This document shows, one piece after another, positions 12,801 to 24,200 of a stretch of 64,000 nt of DNA (its first letter is position 1; every line of letters starts with the position of its first letter). The stretch is from the NCBI RefSeq assembly GCF_964194025.1, contig NC_134474.1:24490001-24554000 (forward strand), written 5' to 3'. The notes below the pieces were generated by a model. It ran no database searches and had not been told where the DNA came from. It saw nothing but the letters and a program-made list of their open reading frames with translations. The position numbers and the translations under genes were made by a program. Origin of the DNA: Convolutriloba macropyga. Taxonomy: Eukaryota.

Positions 12801-15585
12801 TGTCGTACGTCTACTAAAAAAAAATGACAAGTTCCGACGAAAAACAAAAAGAAAAGACTTTTGGAAGAAAAGTTTGTCGAAGGCGTTAAAACCGTAATCT
12901 ATATCGTAAAGAATAAAAAATAAGTAATAGCACCTTCTTTGAACACCAATAAGGAGGTACTTGACCTCCGACTATTGAGACTAAATAAAAAGTACTAAAA
13001 AAGAAAAAAAAGATAAAGTTATGAAATACAATTGTATTTTTCAAAAACAATGAACAAAAAATATTAGCAACTGGAAAATATAAATGGTTGTTTCATTTGT
13101 CAAAAGAAGCCATCGAGATTTGTCAACGTTCAGTATATGTCATACGTCTAAAATCGATAAAGAGACAAAAATAAAAAAATTTAAGTAATTTTTCGCTAAA
13201 AACCGGTATAGCAGCCTTTAAATAAGTAGCACTGCACTAAAATTCGTAAATATGTCCAATTCTGCATTTCAACAACAGTAATTTAATATGCGGCCTGTAA
13301 TTATTGCGAATAGGCAACGAGTAGACAAAACGATCTTGAGGTAAATTTAAAAAAGTCTTTTTTTAAAACATTTGATTTCAAAGTCATAAAAAGTTTTAGC
13401 TCTCAACTGAAAACAGTAAATATTCCTTTGTTCATCCATAGAAGCCGTTAAGACCTGCAATTATCCAAAATTTATAATACGACTACAAAAAGAACGCCAA
13501 ATAAATGTCCAAAAAATGTCCAAAAAATATTTTGTGAAAACTCGTAGCATCCAAGCAGAAAAACCACTATTTAAAACGTGAAACAGCCATAAATATTAAT
13601 TTTTGCACGATAGAAAGATGATGCAATCTGCCTTTTCTGGCCGTAAACTACATTTTGACCAAGAACAAAACCTCAAATCTCAATAATCCATTGTTTTGAA
13701 GATATGTGTACTTAAAATTCAAAACCACCATAAGATTTCGACTGAAAAAATTGGATAAGTTTCCATGAAATTCCATAGAAAACCGATTGAACCTGTCATT
13801 AGTAAACCTTCATTATAATTTTTCTTTTTTGTAATTAACGTGAAAAAAGCAAAAAAAAAGTTTTAAAAGAAATCATCGGCTGATTACAATCCGATTTTTT
13901 TTTGGACAGTAAAAAACAACGATTGAAAAACATTGATTAAAAAAATTTTCCGTATTTTACTGTTTTCAGAAGTAAAACCAACAATATTGTTGTTTTTTAA
14001 CAATTTTTTATCCTTTTCGGCAATGTTGGCAAAAAATTACGTAAAAATCCGGAAAATGTGAACAATAACGAAAATCAGTCAAGTGTTCGCAAACTTTGAA
14101 CATCGATAACGTGGAAAATGATATTCAAAAAAACTTTTTAGTTATATATCCTACACTGGAGGGCTTTCTAATGAAACCACTCACAACCGTGTACGATGAA
14201 TATATAGATTGGCCAAAGATGACTGAACAAAAAACCCGTTCGATCATATGGTTCCTACCCCACTAAAAATTTATTGCGTCGCAATAAAAAATCTCTTCCA
14301 GGAAAACCTGGTGTAAAACTGGCAACAGTCTCTACAGACGCCAGATTTTCTCTGGGCACAAAAATTTGTTAACACTTATTTTCTCGGTTAGATAAGTTTC
14401 CCGAATTCATAACAGTTTCCCAAATTGTGTTAAGAAAACACTTGTAACTCTTTCTAGAAGCGGCGAATATGAAAACAAAGCACTCAATTACGACACTTAC
14501 TTTTTTGGCATTATTGTTCAACCGATTGGTTTACAAGGAAAATAATTCAAAGTCCTTTGTGCAATGAGCTTCTTGGTTTTGCGCTGGTTGTTCTTCTTCA
14601 AATCACCTTCTCGCGTATTGAACTGAACTCTGCTATTAGATAGAAAACAAAAACAAGATTTCATCTCCACGTAGTCAAATCAATTGGTACAATCAATTTA
14701 AAAACTTATTCACAAATTCTCCTGGTCTGTCTTTGAGAACTTCCTGCTTCTGCTCTTTTGAAATTGGAACCAGAAGATCAATTTAAAGGAATAGTTCAAT
14801 GGTCTTAAGAAACCTTCTAAATTTAGCCATAGTAGACAGCAGTTCTACGACACTATTTTTGCTTTTCTTAAATGCTGGTCTCCAAAATCGATTTTAAAAA
14901 ATCCTTTCAAACGAGATCATTTCACCACCACACAACAAAAGAATGAGTGAGTCAGACAACTTCACACTGTGCTACATCCAATGTAAACAAAGCATCTGTT
15001 GGAAAGATGAAAATGCACTAAGTTTAATTCTACAAGTTTATGCTTTATAAATTTATGCTAGAATGTCGATTTGCTCAAGACGAGAACGTTGCATTTAGCA
15101 ATCCGGGATGTATTCGGTCACATCTGAAAATTTCTCAGTCTAACATTTTAGCAGAGTATGTTTTGAAACATTTATGTTAATCTGCTATTTAATTTTGGGC
15201 TCAACTCTCATTCAGAATTTTCTGTCTTCCGGAATAGAATGAAAGCGACTGAAAACAGAGTTATGAAATCGGCTAAAAACTGGAAAAAGGCTTCCCTTTT
15301 AGGTATTTTTGAATTCCTGTGGGTTGGAATACCCTAAAGGACATGAATTATATCTGAATTGTCCCTTATAGACTCATGAATTACTTACAGAATTACCCAA
15401 AATTTGACTAAACTTAAGCAAAACCTTCCAAGAAAGACTTGCGATCTACTTTTCAAAAAGCAGCTTTTAAAATTTGTGTCTTAAAATCCATAGTTTGGTT
15501 AAGTTTAAAAACAAATCGTCTCTACTAGGGCTGGGTTTTGGTTCGACAAACCGCTTGATTCCACAGCAATCATATTCAATTTTAG

Positions 15586-15909
15586 TTGGCGGGAAGCAAA
15601 GAAAAGAAGGGCGGCCTGACTCACTTCTTCCGAACCCTTTTCAGCCATCGTAAAAACAGAAAACTCGCACCCACAGTCAAGGAGGAAGGAAAAATCAAAG
15701 CAGAAAAGGGAAAAGAGGAAACAAAACAAGCAAGCAAAGAAACGAAGCCCAAAAATGCTGTTAGTGGTGATAAAGACAAAAAAGAAACCGTGGCGGCTGC
15801 AACTCAGAAACCAGATGACAAGAAGCCTAACAGCTCTGTTGGCACGACTCCGGCTGCAACGACATCAAAATTGGAAACGAAAGAGACAACTGCCAAAAAT
15901 CAAGAGTGA
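15586..15909 (+). CDS. Probable terminal exon of an unidentified gene (Lys/Glu/Thr-rich tail)
   Basis: Open frame starts directly after a ttttag acceptor (15584-85), with coding-like composition. Candidate upstream phase-0 63-nt exons at 10963-11025 and 11286-11348. Confidence 0.5.
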   Translation: MAGSKEKKGGLTHFFRTLFSHRKNRKLAPTVKEEGKIKAEKGKEETKQASKETKPKNAVSGDKDKKETVAAATQKPDDKKPNSSVGTTPAATTSKLETKETTAKNQE

Positions 15910-17998
15910 ACAAAAAATTAATTTGGAGTAAAAAATGTGAACAGTAGGATTGACCATCAATAATTAGTTTGTCCATCATATGATATTTATATTACCATTA
16001 TCTGAGAAAAAAATTTGCATGAGCTTTTATCACGCAGGCTGATGTAACATTTTTCTCGCGGGGGTTCGTGACTGTCTTAGACTCATTCTGTTATTAAATC
16101 AATTTATGGTAATTACAGGTTTGCGTTTCTTTCAATAAGTTGATATCTGTATAAAAGCTAAACGCAAACATTTGAGCAAACATAATTTACGTTTTACCAT
16201 TAAGGAGACATCCCCGCTCTGAGGCTACATACAACGTGCATCATGGTTTGGGTTCATTTGACATGATGAGTGAAAGACGTAAAACTGTCATAAAAAACCG
16301 AAAACGAATTAAAGAATAATTTGATTGAAGGGCACAATTTTTGCTCCTACCACCAAACATTTTTCAAGTACCATAAAACAGCAAAATAGTCAGAAAAAAA
16401 GAGGGTTTTAAAACCAAACAATGATTTATTAGCTCAGAAAATATTTTCAACTGTGAAAATTGAGTTCGCACAAAATATCGGATGTGCTTGGAGGTGCAAA
16501 ATAATCGGCCAGAGATGACGACAGATGCTTTTTAGCATGCCCTAAATCAGCTGAACATTTACATCACTCAGAGGTTTGAGGAAACAAAAAAAGTTTCTAA
16601 GCCCTTATCTCAGCATGATAAAGCTCTACTAAAAAACCATTAATGATCTGAAATTAGTCCCAAAGAAAGAAATGGGCAGTAATAGTCTGGCCAATATAGG
16701 CTGGATTGAAAACCAAGTGAAAATCTATGGATAATTTTGTTGCTTCGTTTACGAAAATTTATCGCTTCACTTTTATTCACGATAAAAAATGGCAACGTTA
16801 ATGGAGGACAACAGCGATGGAAAAAATGTGAATATCATTTCTCGTTTTCTCGGATTAACGTAACGCATGTCCGCGATGTTGAGCAGTCAGTTAGCTTAAG
16901 AGCCTCATTGCCCAAATTCAAAAAATAATACCTTGAGACTTAATTCAGACTTGTTTATTCCTGTGAGCCGCGATATTTTTAGTTGCTAAATATCTAAACT
17001 TCTAATGGTCTTCTATAGCTACAACCAACTGCAAATGGTCTTCTTAATCATCCATTAGTAATCCAATAAAAATTGCCACTAAAAATTAATCACAATAAAA
17101 ATTAATCACTAAGCAGGCGTTCTTTCATTTCGGTCTAATTTAACTTGTTAACTATCGTGCTTAATAACCGCGGACAAAAGTGACGCGTTGAAAAAGTCTG
17201 ACTAGAAGCCTGGACAAGGGCACCAAAATCTTGTCGCTGTTGTCCACGCTCGCGCATAAACAGGCATCGTGACAAATTGTGCCCGATAAGTTCAAACTTG
17301 AAGCCAATTTAAACAAAACTTGCTTACAGTTGAGATATTGGCGATCGTTTTCCTCAATTATGCAGCTTGCCTGCATGTCATATACTTCACGTAGGCAGCC
17401 TTCAACACGTACCTTGATCTTTTTTTCAGGAGAATATTTCAATATTGGATAGAACACAAGGCATGTTATATATCATGGTTTTTTTTCATTAATCAAATAA
17501 AGCTATGTCTTTTCATCGTCTTATAATTTTATCACAAGGAGTCTTAAATTTCAGTGACATTTTTGAAGTGAAACGACTTGTCCTGCCAGATTCCAAGAAA
17601 CCTCAGACAAACAAGGTATCTAAAGGAGGATTAAAATTCTCCAAATAACATTTCACACCATCGGAAGTTGCTAAATTTTGTTCTGATGTGTTACGTCACA
17701 GCATTTCATTTTAAGCATTATTAATATCAACCTGTAAACTGCGAAAGACCCTTCTGTTCATCAAGTAAGCCAGCTGATTAGCCGCACCACATGTGAAAGC
17801 TACCTCTCCGTCCCAACTTTTAAAATAGTGTTTCGGAAAAGATTACAATTAAAAGACAAGCCCAAAATAGCCTCCTAAATTCCAGTGTTTCCAGATTTTC
17901 TAGTTTTAGCCCCAACCAGTTTATCATTCTAAATGTATCAAGATAATTTATTTAAGTTACACAGTCATTTCGATCGGTAGTGCTGATTGATGTTCACA

Positions 17999-18832
17999 TT
18001 ACTGCGCTGGTTTGTTGACCAAGTAGACTTTGTTGGATTTCAAGACATTGTCTCCAAACTTGTACTCTTGCTGGACACCGTCCCACGATGCTTGCCATCC
18101 TTGTTTCCCGTATCTGGGCTCATTCAGGTACGCAGAGACAACGTAGTTGCAAGCCGAGATCACATCCCAAACTGGGAGTCCACTGCACTCTCGGATTGCG
18201 TTAGCGTAAGGAGGCAGCTCAGTGCACTCCAGCAAGATTGCCTTCACTTTAGGGTACTTTACAAGGGATTCCTTAACAAGTTGTATCATTCCCGGTTGCA
18301 CCTTAGCAACATCAACTTTGTCGCCCGCAGCAACGGCTTCAAATCCGGGGACGTTTTCACACCCGACAACTCTTAGTCTGTCGTCAACGACGCTGAACCC
18401 GCAAGCCTTCTGGAATGCCTCGTTCATCTGGCTGAGTGCAACTCCGTTTGCAGTCATGATGATGATTTCATCAACGGGAGAAAGGGTCGCCTGGATGGAT
18501 TTCAACTGAAGCAGGGAACTCATCACAAAGCACACAGGTTTGGTCTTGATAATGCTCTGGGCAATATCCTGGAAGTAGACCATGAATCCGCAATCACCAG
18601 TGATCACATTCACTTTCTTGGTGTTGATGAGCCAGTTGCAAGATTCTATGAACCTCTGCTGGACAGCAGGGGTCAGCGATCCACTTTGGGCCATTTCGAA
18701 GGTGAACCCGGGGACCACTTTGTAGTAGACATCGTAGCCGTAGGTATCCGGACAGTCGATGTCCCCGCACGCAGGAGGGTAGTCATAGTCCAATCGGATC
18801 ACACCAAGAACGGGAGCTGGTTTCAGACTCAT
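17999..18832 (-). CDS. Alma-family DMSP lyase-like protein (Asp/Glu racemase superfamily), 277 aa, intronless
   Basis: Signature LGVIRLDYDYPP.CGDID.P..YGYDVYYKVVPGFTFEM, both racemase-fold cysteines (ITGDCGFM; LLECTELPPY), VPGFEAVA.GDKVDV, GLPVWD, C-terminal WQ..WDG.Q.EY.FG, as in haptophyte/dinoflagellate/coral Alma proteins. AATAAA on the minus strand at 17947-17952. Confidence 0.88.
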   Translation of the reverse strand: MSLKPAPVLGVIRLDYDYPPACGDIDCPDTYGYDVYYKVVPGFTFEMAQSGSLTPAVQQRFIESCNWLINTKKVNVITGDCGFMVYFQDIAQSIIKTKPVCFVMSSLLQLKSIQATLSPVDEIIIMTANGVALSQMNEAFQKACGFSVVDDRLRVVGCENVPGFEAVAAGDKVDVAKVQPGMIQLVKESLVKYPKVKAILLECTELPPYANAIRECSGLPVWDVISACNYVVSAYLNEPRYGKQGWQASWDGVQQEYKFGDNVLKSNKVYLVNKPAQ

Positions 18833-20397
18833 TGTGTGAATTAAGTTGAGTTTTTGTGTTTATCTCACAAATTTTTTGCTTCAGAGGAAGGCAACTGTTT
18901 TTCAGAGAGACTCTGGCAATACTGATTCCGAGTTCGGTTCTAACTGGCTCTGCCACTCCTATGGTATCACGTTGCCCAGAAGTGCCAGATTTCGCGCCCA
19001 CATATTTGGCACAAGTATCGCAATCCAACGGCAGCTAAATCACGTGGAAGTAGAATTGGTATAAAAAATAGGGAAATACTTTTGCAAGTCAGAACCATGG
19101 AAGCAATGCATAGTTTAGATCACACAGGCAGACAAAATATACCAATTAACGGTTTACCATCAAATTTTATGCCGTTGATATCCGCCTATGTTTTTTGCAA
19201 CCGACACTTATATCAACATCTGCAGTGGAAGATCATTTCTGAGCTCGAAGATATAAACTCCATACCAATTCCACCAATGACATTGTTTGTTGACGAATTA
19301 TCTGGCTAACTTCGCCGGATTGTTTTCAAGTACAATCACGTTGCAACTTATCATTGGTGCAACTGCTATGGTTCTCCAATCGTATAAGCTTTGTTGGTAC
19401 AAAATTAAACCTTGAAAGCTTTCGGCAATTTTCATTGATCTTACTCTTGGGTGACTTATAAAAGTGACTGATAGAAAGCAGTAGCCTTGCATTTTTGCAC
19501 AGCATGGCTACTAAGGTTAAGATGAGAGCAAAGACAGCGTGGGGATACTAACGATTGATCTCAACACTTGAACTCTTTTGAAAAAAAGTTCAATCCTAAA
19601 GAAATATAGAACACTCGAAGCTAATGAAAATAATAATTGAACACCTGGTTCATAAATGTTATGTTTTATATATGGTGACATTAGTGAGAAGTTTCAATTG
19701 AAAAAAAATCTATTTTCTTTTTAAATATTTAATAATAATTTCAGCTACGCAATGAATTTTTTCCGAGATTTTTTTTGACTTCGTTGTTCTTCATAGCGAT
19801 TAAAAATTTTTTGGAGTGGGGTTGACTAATATATGGAGGCAAAGTCGAGCAGTTATCTTTTACCTGCAGAACTTCTCATCTGCACACTGTACACGAAAAC
19901 TTACCCTTACCTGCACGAAAATTTACCTATACATTAATCAGAGTGCAAGGCAAAACAACCATTCCTATTTGAAATAGTGATCATGCAAATTAAGCAATGA
20001 TTCGGATTTAGAACAGGAGGCTAATGTGCATTTGCATGTCGAGTTCCGACCCATTCTTTCAATAGTCTTGTTGACTTTGATGCAATTGAGCAACAGATTC
20101 TCTCAATTTTAAACCAGCTCCCAGCCCAAAATTTTTGGGCTTTCGTTTTTATCGACAATTTAATTCAGTTTGTGTCACATCAGCATTGTATTAAGTTTTT
20201 CAATAACTTTTCTCTGATACTAAACTTTCCCCGCTTTGCAAAATATACTGATCAGCTAAAACCGACTGTTGAACGGAAAAAAGCTAAGGTGTTAAATAGT
20301 TCCTTCCAACGTTGTTGGGTCAAAACAAGAGGTGCTTCATTTTGAAATTATTGAAAAGTAATAGATAAATTTTCAATTGGTTATATTTCAATGAAAA

Positions 20398-22283
20398 TTA
20401 TTTACAAACAGGAATCAGTGCATCATTTAAAGATTTGGATACAAAACTCGGTACAGATTTAGAATCACCGCGAGATACAACTTCTTCAACATGGTGCAGT
20501 TTATGATTACCAGTTTGAACTAACAAACTTGCGATCGGATTTGGTTTTGCCGAGTTTGCAAACAAAATGTCAGTGTACAGAGTATCACCAACCATAAGAG
20601 TCCGTGATAGGTCAATGTTTGTACCTCTAAACTCATATTGAACATGTTCCCACATGTATGGCTCTGGTTTCCCGACGTACGTCGCATTTCGACCTGAACC
20701 GGATTCCACCATTTTGATGATAGAACCTGTTCCACAATTTACTATTTCCGGATTTGAAGTTGGAAGTCTTGCATCGGTGTTAGTTCCAATAAAAACAACG
20801 TCATCACGCACAAGGTAACAAGCCGCAGCTGTCGCTTTTGCGTAGTTAAAGAACCAATCAGCGCCCACTATAACACAGCCAACTGATGGATCTTTCTGGA
20901 AAAACTGCCAATCAGGTATCATTTTCGGCAAGTCGACATCAGAAGCTCCGATTGATTTGAGACCTATTTTTTTAAGTTCTTCGCCTAAAGCTGGCATGCC
21001 AACGTAGAAAACGGTGGTCTTCGATTGGTCCGCTTTTTGATTCATGAGTTTGTATGCATAATAAGCAGCCGAAGAACCGGATGTTACAATGTTTGCAGGA
21101 TTTACAGGAGTGAAGCCGAGCTTCTTGAACTTCTCCGCGTATTGACTGCGAGATTTGGATGAGTTGTTAGTGATAAATAACACCTGACCAAATAAACCAA
21201 ATAGACCAAATAAATTTGAAAAACCACTTTGATTTAAATGCAGCATATACTCATTGCTAAAAAACCCGGTGACCGTTAGTTGCCTGTATTTTCTATGATA
21301 TGAACCCATTTTACCCCCCAAAAACAACATTTAAGCATCTCCACATGTTTATGAAAAATGCTAGGAACGACACCAGATATTTTAAACATTAAAAATATAA
21401 CTACGGATGAAAGGTTCCGAAAGGCGTTCTTAAGAGTTATCCCAAATATGAGTCAGATCGTATTCTTTTCAGCACAACCCATGTAATTTGAAAATCGATC
21501 AGCTTTTTCTATTTATATCCAAAACCCGTTTAAAAGCTAACTAATTCTCTCATTTTGGACACTGTTACTCATGAATTAATAATTTTCATTTTCTTTACAC
21601 GTTGTCATGTAGATGAAATGAAATACGATTTAAACTCAACACTAATTGATAAGATACAGGCGCAGATGATAAGATACACATGCAGACTAGCATGATAAAA
21701 TTTTGATCATAAACTTTGTGCCAGCTCATAACTCTGCAAAACCTAAGCAAAAAAATGTATAAAGTTAGCATCATCCAATACTCGAATGTATCCATGTTTG
21801 CCTTATAGGTGTCTTAATTCGGCAAGAAGTATTATGCTCAATACTAACTTGCTTTTGGTTTTCCAGAAGAAAATTGATGGCGTCAATGGACCCGCCAATG
21901 GGTTTATCACATTCCCACAACACTCCATCGCAATCAAACAAAAATGTGTCAAACGAATCCAGCAAATGCTTTCTATCCGCATCGTCGCTAATCACTTTGT
22001 AGGGCGGCTTGCCACTCGCCATTTTGGACGTATACTTAGATAACAACCGATATTGTTGGTTTGATCGCTGCTTCTCTAGCAGATTATATGCAGTTGAATT
22101 ATAGCAGTGATTACACAAATGTGACCTATAATCACCTTTCAAATCGTATCTGAATTGAGTAATACTTCGTTTGGATATTTTAAACAATTGAACTGTATGT
22201 AAGTATCTAGATGTGGCCATAGATTGCTTGAAAGCAACTGACAACGAGCAACAAATGTAATATTGTACAGAACGTAGACTCAT
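20398..22283 (-). CDS. PGP: Phosphoglycolate/glycerol-3-phosphate phosphatase-like HAD class IIA hydrolase; exons 22283(or 22022)-21849 and 21183-20398
   Basis: FLFDCDGVLW (DxD), FITNNS, VGKP, MVGDTLYTDILF, LVQTG. Phase-0 intron GTTAGT(21848)...CAG(21184). 319 aa from the Met at 22022, or 406 aa from 22283. Confidence 0.9.
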
Positions 22284-22547
22284 TCTAACTGAAAGTTCTT
22301 TGGCTGCTCACAAAACTTTTTTTGAAAATTAGTACCTTAAGCATTAATCATCCGAAATTTATTCATTTACTTCGTTTAATTATTCAAAATTTATATTAAT
22401 TTTATTCAGCTATTCGTAAATTTACAAATTTATTTCAGCTATTAAAGAAGTATTTCAGAAGTCTTGAAATCTATCTAAGAGAGTTCATTTTCAGTACAGG
22501 TCAGACCATCAGCAAGTGAGAACAAATAGCTATCTTTAACTGATTAG

Positions 22548-22745
22548 TTTCAACTCAAAGTCCATATTTCATTAATGTGTGCTGCATAAATGTGTCAGTC
22601 TGGTTGTGGATAAGAATGCAATTAGAATGTTGAACAAAATTAGTTTGGTTGAAATATGGACTTTGAGCCGAAACAAAACTAACTTAGTTCAACATTCTAA
22701 TTGCATGGTTATCCATAACCAGCCTGACACATTAATGTAGCACAC
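22548..22745. repeat. ~70-bp-arm hairpin (MITE-like) whose loop is complementary to an upstream 24-mer
   Basis: 22577-22647 is inverted at 22675-22745; 22548-22571 is the reverse complement (2 mismatches) of 22650-22673. Confidence 0.75.
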
Positions 22746-24200
22746 CTGTATAACAGAAGATTGCATTAACCTAAGCACCACTATCAGCTCGTCTGACTAT
22801 GGTTACAATGAGCAGCGAAAAGCAAAAGGGTCTGAAAGCTGTTCAAAAATTTGTTAACGAACTTAGAACATCGAATTTCAAATCGAAATGCCCACAGATC
22901 TAAATATATAATCAAATGGGTTTTTTTTTGTTCAGACAATTTTGGCCGACCGATATATTCATCGTAAAGAAATGTGATTGGTATCATTAAAAAGCAGGTT
23001 CAGCATAGAATTCGGAATTAAAAAGATTTTTTTTAATTTCGTTGTTTTTCGAGGAGTTATCGAGGTTTAAAGTTTTGTGTGAACAAGTGATGTTTGGCAT
23101 GATTTTGTTCACTTTTTTGTTCAAATTGAGATTTTTTCAATAAAATTATTAATTCAAAGTGATTTTGTATGAAACAATCTTGTTTTTCTAATAGACGAAA
23201 AGCCATAAAAAGGGTAGCTCTGTCTCATAGGGAAGCTTACTACTAAAAAATTCGATTTCTATTTGCGAGCTGATATTTTAAAAACCATTTCATATTTTTT
23301 TAAAAAATTTTTCAAGTCATTTAGAGACTCGTCACTTTTCAAATCTAGGTTCTGTTAATGCAAATCTCATTTACAGTCAGATGATGCCCAATGAACAAAT
23401 AATTTGTTTCTGAGGAATCGCTCATTTTTTATGGCAAGGACTGAGTTTTCGTAATTTTTATTGAAATTTTTATTTTCTTTTTAAGATTTTAATAAAATTT
23501 TCTCTTCCAATGACATAGACTCGTTGATTAAAGGTGATATAGGCTTCCTGAAGAGCAGTAGGCGAACCTATGTAGTAATTTAAGTGGACAGCTAATGGCC
23601 GTTAAGACTTCAAAAATAATATGTTAAAAAAATAAAAATTGATCTGGTTAGCGGTGTCTTGTCTTCTAAGTATTGTCTTTATGACTTGTACGCCACAACT
23701 TTTAATATTTTTTTAATAAATTTTTTTGTTAATTTTTTCTTAGTTTTAGATCCCTTTGTAACCTTATTGCATTATCCTATTATTGGCAATTCCCATTGGC
23801 ATATTGAAGACTTTCAAAAGATCAAATAAAGTTTGCACTGAAAAACTTAGGGCTTTAATAGCCTCGGCACCGTCTTCTCGCCTTTTCTATTGATTTTTTT
23901 CGTTTCTCCTGATTTTACTGATTTCTCCTGTATTTGTTGTCGTTTTTACAGTCAAACGGCTTATTGTGATGAATTTTTGATGATTTAAGAATGAAACAAA
24001 TTATTGCCTTCTCATCGAAGCATAACTTATAATTTGAAATTTATTGAATTCCGTTGAAAGCGATTGAATTGAATGGCTTTGATACTACGAGTTTTCTCAT
24101 AAACTTACTCAATGCAGTAAGTTTATGGCAAATAGCCTTAAACTTTGATATTATTTGTTTTCAGACGTTTTTTTTTAACTTTTAGTTTTTAATGTCCCGA

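Noticed and set aside
17161-17457. 98-aa minus-strand ORF downstream of the Alma gene
   Set aside because: No ATG start, no recognisable motif and no splice support.
17987-18509. Plus-strand ORFs overlapping the Alma gene
   Set aside because: Antisense shadows of a GC-richer coding region, with no motifs.
17999-18832. Bacterial contaminant or ordinary aspartate racemase
   Set aside because: No operon context, a polyA signal is present, it is contiguous with spliced genes, and Alma-specific motifs are present. Read-level confirmation is still needed.
21184-21330. N-terminal 49 aa of ORF 20398-21330
   Set aside because: Intron read-through; the true exon begins at 21183 after CAG.
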